Shown here in pieces: positions 22,529 through 27,335 of a stretch of 27,335 nt of DNA. This stretch comes from a virus. Lineage: Duplodnaviria; Caudoviricetes. The position numbers and the translations under genes are program-made. The number at the start of each line of letters is the position of its first letter. The stretch's first letter is position 1. Below the pieces are notes generated by a model, which saw only the letters and a list, made by a program, of their open reading frames with translations, was not told where the DNA came from and did not search any database. The DNA is taken from positions 1 through 27,335 of the IMG/VR virus record IMGVR_UViG_3300044638_000670. The stretch is one strand, 5' to 3'.

Positions 22529-24387
22529 TAACAATCCCCATAGGACTCCCCGTACTTGGCCTCGCAAGCAACAGGCAACCCACTAGCCCAACTAGGGGGA
22601 GTAGACATGACTTCAGTTATAAACGCAACTGCTTGGTCTAATTCGCTTTTTGGCACGACGATCACGGCGGCGTCATGCACCGTCAGGACAGGTCGATATC
22701 GCTCTCTGATCTTGAGCATCTGCTCACCAACAATAATCCGAGCCAAGGCTTGCACGATGTTCTCAACCATCGCCCCGCCCCATATACTCGTGACACCACG
22801 GCGAGACTTGTAGATGTACTTCTTATCGCTGAGTCTGAGATCGGGGTATCGTATAAACATTTTATTCGGGAGAAGTATCCCGGACGCGGTAGCCCATACA
22901 CATCTGTTCTTGCCTATGGGGTAAGACTTTAAATTATCAGGCCATGACGATAAGTGATGTAGCGCACTATCGCAGTCACGCCATAAGTCCGTGATCATGT
23001 GGTTAGAGTCACGGTACAGATTCACGATGCGCTTGCACTCGTCTTCAGGTAAGTCAGCCCCCGGTGGCTGAGTCTTCAGCGTGTGTTGTAACTTCTTAGC
23101 CCCTGTGCCGTAGCCGAGTCCGAGGATGCAGGTCTTGCCGACGAACCGCTCGACCGGATCAGCCTTGCTGATAGGCTTCTTATAGATCTTGGTTGCGAAG
23201 ATCGAATACACATCGTCGCCCTTGGCGAACTGCGCGGTGACATCATCCTGACCGGCAAGCCACGCCAACACACGCGCCTCAATCTGAGAAGAGTCACAGT
23301 TGATAATTACATTGCCTGCGGGGGCCATGATGGACTTCTTCAGCGTTTTCTTTTTCTTATCACGGCTTGGCAGGTTCTGGAAATTAACCGAGTCCGACCC
23401 CGCCCACCGTCCGGTGTGTGCCCCGTAATACTTCAACGGGATTGGAACCTTGCCACCGTTACGCGCACCGATCCCGATAAACCGCTCGATGCGTGACTCC
23501 TCGATGGTGGACTTCGTACCCAACCGGACAGAGCAGAGTTGTTGGATGAGCGGGTCTTCGTGTTCTAATAACTCAATAAACCCTTCGTCGTTTTTAGCAA
23601 GTGCAAACGTTTCCTTACCGGTTGTTGGACTAATCTTCATCGGCACAGGGATGCCGAGTTCCTTCAGGATGGCAGCGAATTGAGGATTACTGGCTAACTT
23701 CGCCCGAACCTCTTCCTCACTCCCAACGTCTAGTACCCCTTTCAATCCCGCCAAGAGTTCGTTCTTCTCTTGCTTTATCTCTTCAAGTCGCTCGACCAAC
23801 AGCGCGTCATCCACCGTCAGGGTCGGGATGGTGTACATCCGCAAAGTCATGTCGATCAGATCGAGTTCTTCTTGCGGGAAGTAATCCTCGATAAAAAGGT
23901 TGAACAACTTGTAAGTAAGATTGACATCGTTAATGCAATAATCCCCATAACGATGCAGATCAGCAGGAGCAAAGTCTTGCCGACGCTTCCCAAGGGCATC
24001 GACGACTTCCGTACCTTTCTCACCTAAGTTATACCTCTTAACCAGATTCGCCAGAGATCCGCTTACATCAACGCCATGCTTAGCCCGAGCCATGCACAGG
24101 GTGTCGAAGTAGTAGGCAGGAACAATGTCGAAAATAAATGACAGGATGCCGCCATCGAACTGCGTGTTGTGGCACAGCAGGGCTGACGTACTCCAATCAA
24201 CTTGATTCAGCCACGCCTTGATCTCGTCTTTGGTTCCGCTGAACCATTGCGTCTCATCGTCGTCGATCTTCATTGCTACGCCGACGACTTCAAACAACGG
24301 ACTACGGATATATTCTTCCGTGGTCATCCGACTGAGACTGAACTGATGTGAATAGTACGTCTCAAAATCAAGTGTTACGAAACTCAT
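22528..24387 (-). CDS. polA: Family A DNA polymerase with 3'-5' exonuclease domain
   Basis: ExoI DFETY, ExoII HNTQFD, ExoIII YCIND, and HTGRW...NFQNLP. Motif A DSSQIEARV, motif B RFVGKTCILGLGYG and motif C TVHDA. Confidence 0.95.
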   Translation of the reverse strand: MSFVTLDFETYYSHQFSLSRMTTEEYIRSPLFEVVGVAMKIDDDETQWFSGTKDEIKAWLNQVDWSTSALLCHNTQFDGGILSFIFDIVPAYYFDTLCMARAKHGVDVSGSLANLVKRYNLGEKGTEVVDALGKRRQDFAPADLHRYGDYCINDVNLTYKLFNLFIEDYFPQEELDLIDMTLRMYTIPTLTVDDALLVERLEEIKQEKNELLAGLKGVLDVGSEEEVRAKLASNPQFAAILKELGIPVPMKISPTTGKETFALAKNDEGFIELLEHEDPLIQQLCSVRLGTKSTIEESRIERFIGIGARNGGKVPIPLKYYGAHTGRWAGSDSVNFQNLPSRDKKKKTLKKSIMAPAGNVIINCDSSQIEARVLAWLAGQDDVTAQFAKGDDVYSIFATKIYKKPISKADPVERFVGKTCILGLGYGTGAKKLQHTLKTQPPGADLPEDECKRIVNLYRDSNHMITDLWRDCDSALHHLSSWPDNLKSYPIGKNRCVWATASGILLPNKMFIRYPDLRLSDKKYIYKSRRGVTSIWGGAMVENIVQALARIIVGEQMLKIRERYRPVLTVHDAAVIVVPKSELDQAVAFITEVMSTPPSWASGLPVACEAKYGESYGDC

Positions 24388-24544
24388 GCTTCCACCCTTT
24401 TGCTGTCTCTACGAAACCTATTACCGCCATCGCCTCGACTGAGCGGCACTGACCAAACTTGTACTTGTGCGACCGGAACGATTCCGGGTTGGCGAATTTA
24501 CGCTTGCACTCCGTACACCTTCTTTCTTTTACGACGACCGTCAT
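24368..24544 (-). CDS. 58-aa zinc-finger protein (CxxC...F...H...C; resembles phage FDXHR-type Zn domain), absent from the ORF track
   Basis: Translated by hand: MTVVVKERRCTECKRKFANPESFRSHKYKFGQCRSVEAMAVIGFVETAKGWKHEFRNT*. It fills the gap before polA and overlaps both neighbours. Confidence 0.75.
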   Translation of the reverse strand: MTVVVKERRCTECKRKFANPESFRSHKYKFGQCRSVEAMAVIGFVETAKGWKHEFRNT

Positions 24545-24707
24545 TCTTTAGCCTCGCTACCTCTCGACGTAAATAAATAATCTCATCCCGACACGCCCAC
24601 AGTACGCTACCAACTGTTAAGAACTTCATCTCTGTTGTAGTTGATGTGTCGTTGATGTTGGCAGGGAGTGCCTGAATCAAATCTAGTATGTCATCTTCTA
24701 GTTCCAC
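24498..24707 (-). CDS. Hypothetical protein
   Basis: Likely GTG start at 24707 after GGAG. It encodes DDILDLI...ACRDEIIYLRREVARLK, similar to small phage D(I)V.RL...A..EI..LR proteins. Confidence 0.6.
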   Translation of the reverse strand: MELEDDILDLIQALPANINDTSTTTEMKFLTVGSVLWACRDEIIYLRREVARLKNDGRRKRKKVYGVQA

Positions 24708-24924
24708 GTAAATACTCCAATTCATTCCTCAAAGTAAGAAGCTCTAACGAAAGGACTGTAGCCTCGTCGGACAACCCCGCTCTCCGTATGTTCTGTAAGG
24801 ATCGTTCGACTAGCGACTGCTGACTCTGGCCATATCCCCAAGGGGCGGCGTTCAACTCGTCTTTCCACGATCCGGGTGGGGATATATCGTCTACTACCGC
24901 TTTCAGCTTCGATTCTGTGGTCAT
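24691..24924 (-). CDS. Hypothetical protein
   Basis: 77 aa with an ATG and purine-rich upstream sequence. It has a protein-like helical C-terminus and overlaps the downstream gene start. Confidence 0.55.
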   Translation of the reverse strand: MTTESKLKAVVDDISPPGSWKDELNAAPWGYGQSQQSLVERSLQNIRRAGLSDEATVLSLELLTLRNELEYLRGTRR

Positions 24925-25135
24925 ACTCTTTTATCCCTCGATGTACCGCTGATGCCATGTGGTGCTGTTTAATACCCCATTCTTTCTCTAGGTCTTTGTA
25001 CCGCACCCTGTCATGATTTTCTCTGGCCTCCCGCTTGCGCTCCATCAAGACTTTGTATTGCTCAAACGAAATCACCAAATTAAATCTTGACGGTTTTGTG
25101 TAAGCCTTATCTTTTGTTTTCTTTCCTTGTGTCAT
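24722..25135 (-). CDS. Hypothetical protein, N-terminal half possibly DNA-binding
   Basis: 137 aa. VRYKDLEKEWGIKQHHMASAVHRG is HTH-like. The last ~67 codons overlap the 77-aa ORF in another frame. Confidence 0.55.
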   Translation of the reverse strand: MTQGKKTKDKAYTKPSRFNLVISFEQYKVLMERKREARENHDRVRYKDLEKEWGIKQHHMASAVHRGIKEYDHRIEAESGSRRYIPTRIVERRVERRPLGIWPESAVASRTILTEHTESGVVRRGYSPFVRASYFEE

Positions 25136-25376
25136 CTCGCACCAATACTAATAATTTGCACATGATGTGCGACTGCGTTCGGTTGTTCTTGTCGATGTCA
25201 TACTGCTTGGCAAACATCTCAATGATGTCCCACCGAATAGTCTCAAGCCCACCATCTTCTCCGATCTTCGCCCACACCGTCTCGCTCGGTATCTGTTTCA
25301 CGTGGGTCTTGTCCACGATCAACTCGGCGTACTCCGCATCCTTCGGCGGTTTTACTGACGCTTCTACTCTAGTCAT
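25107..25376 (-). CDS. Hypothetical protein
   Basis: 89 aa with a GGAGGA RBS, overlapping the upstream stop codon. Confidence 0.65.
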   Translation of the reverse strand: MTRVEASVKPPKDAEYAELIVDKTHVKQIPSETVWAKIGEDGGLETIRWDIIEMFAKQYDIDKNNRTQSHIMCKLLVLVRDDTRKENKR

Positions 25377-26121
25377 TTGACGATCCTCCCATAGGACACC
25401 GGTTTTCTTTTACCACTTTCTGAAACCCCACCCTAAATTTATGATGGTGCATAGTAGTCCTGAGTTTTTCATATTCCAGACTATCTAAAACATGCGTAGA
25501 AATTTTTATCTTTTTGTCTGTCAAGGGAATCATTTGTACAAGAGGTAGCCCTGCTTCAAGTCTGAAATATGCGTTTGTGTGCGGCACAAACCAATTCACG
25601 TTTGTTGTGTGTTGATGCTTGTAATTAACAATTCCCGGCACGACTCTTATTTCAGGCGCTTCCGCGAGGTGCGACCAAGTACAAGGTATAAACATAAACT
25701 GAACTCCGCTTCTTTCTCGCAGAATCCACGGTGAAACCAACTTCATGTGATGAAAATCTTTAAAGTTGTTTCCGTATTCATCAGGATGGTGTTGGGCTAT
25801 ACGCACAGATTCCGATACGGCTTGATAAGAGTACGAGGCCTCTTCTTCAGTCTTTTCCAAAAAGATATCTGTATCTGACCACAAGGGCATTATCAAACCA
25901 GCTTTATATAGTTCGACTATGCCATAACAACTCTTCACTGTTGGGTGTTCATACGGTTTATTGGTGAGCTTGTGAGGAGCGTAATACTTAGCGTCTAGTT
26001 TCTTCCACCATTCGGGTATGTAGTGAATGGATTTACGTATAGGGTACGTAGTAGCAATCCTGTGAGAATTCACAAAGCACTCTACGTTTATTTGTTTCCG
26101 TTTAAAAATAAAGTCAATCAA
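25369..26121 (-). CDS. Conserved phage protein, DUF6065/dUTPase-like beta fold (function unknown)
   Basis: Contains PI......IPEWWK.L, TVKSC.GI..LY.AG..MPLWSD, KLVSPW, VVPGIV and LEAGLPLVQMIPL. TTG start at 26121 (TTGA overlap) is preferred; GTG at 26133 is an alternative. Confidence 0.6.
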   Translation of the reverse strand: MIDFIFKRKQINVECFVNSHRIATTYPIRKSIHYIPEWWKKLDAKYYAPHKLTNKPYEHPTVKSCYGIVELYKAGLIMPLWSDTDIFLEKTEEEASYSYQAVSESVRIAQHHPDEYGNNFKDFHHMKLVSPWILRERSGVQFMFIPCTWSHLAEAPEIRVVPGIVNYKHQHTTNVNWFVPHTNAYFRLEAGLPLVQMIPLTDKKIKISTHVLDSLEYEKLRTTMHHHKFRVGFQKVVKENRCPMGGSSND

Positions 26122-26726
26122 AACTGCACCCACCCAGTCAATATGTACTTATCTCCAGATAAAGGAGGATTTCCTCTGTGTATATGAGTCAAGCCGCTAG
26201 GCCATATTACGCACCTAGATTTTTTAGGTTTTACCCTACGCTTTTGATACAAGAACTCGGTCTCTCCGCCCTCTTCAACGTCATTTAAATACAGAGTGAA
26301 CGCCAGTATTCTGTCTGATGCTTCTCTTACCATCGACTCGTAATGCCAGATATGGTATCCCTGCATCGGTAAGGTACGTTGTAATTTATAGTTAATAACT
26401 TTATGCGGGTCTGTGTGATTCAAAGCAGTGAATTTACTAGCGTACGGCGCGTAACAATTAGCCCAAAAATAGTTATTAAATAATTTACCCACGCCCCGTA
26501 TATTTATTTCGTACACCAAATTCATTCCGGTCATACTTAAAGCGACATCATCTATCTTCAATCTATCTTTTTCGTTGTTACTAGTAGCCCGGTCGTATGT
26601 ATATCCGTCAGCATGATAAATATCAAAGTAACTTCTTAATTCGTCACACAATTTGGCAGGGCATGCGTTATCGAACACTCCGATAAAGTCATCTCCAATA
26701 TCCACGATTACGTTTTCTTCACTCAC
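26118..26726 (-). CDS. 2OG-Fe(II) oxygenase, prolyl-4-hydroxylase-like
   Basis: GYHIWHYE (HxE), LYLNDVEEGGETEF, THIHRGNPP (distal His) and DKYILTGW (2OG-binding Lys). Confidence 0.9.
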   Translation of the reverse strand: MSEENVIVDIGDDFIGVFDNACPAKLCDELRSYFDIYHADGYTYDRATSNNEKDRLKIDDVALSMTGMNLVYEINIRGVGKLFNNYFWANCYAPYASKFTALNHTDPHKVINYKLQRTLPMQGYHIWHYESMVREASDRILAFTLYLNDVEEGGETEFLYQKRRVKPKKSRCVIWPSGLTHIHRGNPPLSGDKYILTGWVQF

Positions 26727-26727
26727 A

Positions 26728-27335
26728 TTACATCTCCTTCGCTACTGCTAACCATTCGTCGGCATATTCCACGTTGCCCCAATCCTTGAACCACGGGCCA
26801 CCTCGGGTGAAATGAACAGCCACCGGGTTCGGACAATCGTTCTTCGTATGCCACCCTTCCAAGTAGTTGTATGCAATCGGTAGCGCACCGATGTGCGTCC
26901 CTGCCCACTTGAGTTGATGCAAGTACATCCCAGTGCCGATGTTGACTTGCTCTAGTGTCAGCCCATGCTTCACGCTTTCGTGACCGCAGTTGAACAGCAT
27001 CAGGCTCGACCAATTCTTTCTCGGGTATTGGTGCTGTACAGCACCATCCATCTTGGTCGTCTCTTTCGGCTTGTACCTGTGCTGCACCACCATGACAGGA
27101 ACGCTCGGGTCAGCGTAGTCCATGATCCCTGCAACGTCGCCTCGCCAGAGGAAATCACAGTCCATGAACAATGCCCACCCTTCGTATCCTGCAAGATACG
27201 GTGTCAGGAAACGAGTGAACGAAAACTCGGTAGAAGATAGAGGGTCATGCTCACGCCAGTACAAACCACGCTCACGCATCTCCTGCTGCTTGATCGGCTT
27301 GATGTCGAGATAGACAGAAGAGTTCCTAGCCAACG
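26728..27335 (-). CDS. GT-A glycosyltransferase, GT8/plant CDI-like (5'-truncated)
   Basis: STEFSFTRFLTPYL, DxD motif FMDCDFL, RKNWSSLMLFNC, YNYLEG and VHFTRGGPWF. Confidence 0.88.
   Translation of the reverse strand, partial: LARNSSVYLDIKPIKQQEMRERGLYWREHDPLSSTEFSFTRFLTPYLAGYEGWALFMDCDFLWRGDVAGIMDYADPSVPVMVVQHRYKPKETTKMDGAVQHQYPRKNWSSLMLFNCGHESVKHGLTLEQVNIGTGMYLHQLKWAGTHIGALPIAYNYLEGWHTKNDCPNPVAVHFTRGGPWFKDWGNVEYADEWLAVAKEM

Noticed and set aside
1-27335. Alternative genetic code, introns/inteins, DGR or integrase
   Set aside because: Genes are intact under the standard code and all three stop codons are used. PolA, helicase and primase are uninterrupted. No reverse transcriptase or recombinase motifs were seen.

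Overview
This gene-dense window is part of a tailed dsDNA bacteriophage genome (Caudoviricetes). It is probably podovirus-like, because it has internal virion/ejection proteins rather than a tape measure. It has two convergent arms whose stop codons overlap at 14885-14888. The plus arm (1-14888) carries the end of a GH24 lysozyme, a tail tubular/DNA-stabilisation protein, a small tail protein with a jelly-roll-like knob, and four internal virion/ejection-type proteins. One of these has a ~600-aa Cys-repeat/polyproline insert. Another is a 1991-aa polyvalent protein with ART-like, zincin HExxH and PLxRFG-like regions. The minus arm (14885-27335) carries an AEP primase-DUF927 helicase, an HTH protein, an SSB-like protein, a SNF2 helicase, a small HNH-like protein, a Cas4-like nuclease, a family A DNA polymerase (Leu762 type) and small ORFs. 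It ends in an accessory block of a DUF6065-like protein, a 2OG-Fe(II) oxygenase (both AT-richer) and a CDI/GT8-like glycosyltransferase. The most interesting leads are all hypotheses. (1) Extensin-like polyproline tracts co-occur with a prolyl-hydroxylase-like oxygenase and a glycosyltransferase. (2) A recurring [MFY]xxGG motif brackets the Cys/Pro insert and may be a processing or packaging signal. (3) The only long intergenic stretch folds into several hairpins between the HNH-like gene and the SNF2 helicase. All family calls come from motif recognition; no database searches were run.
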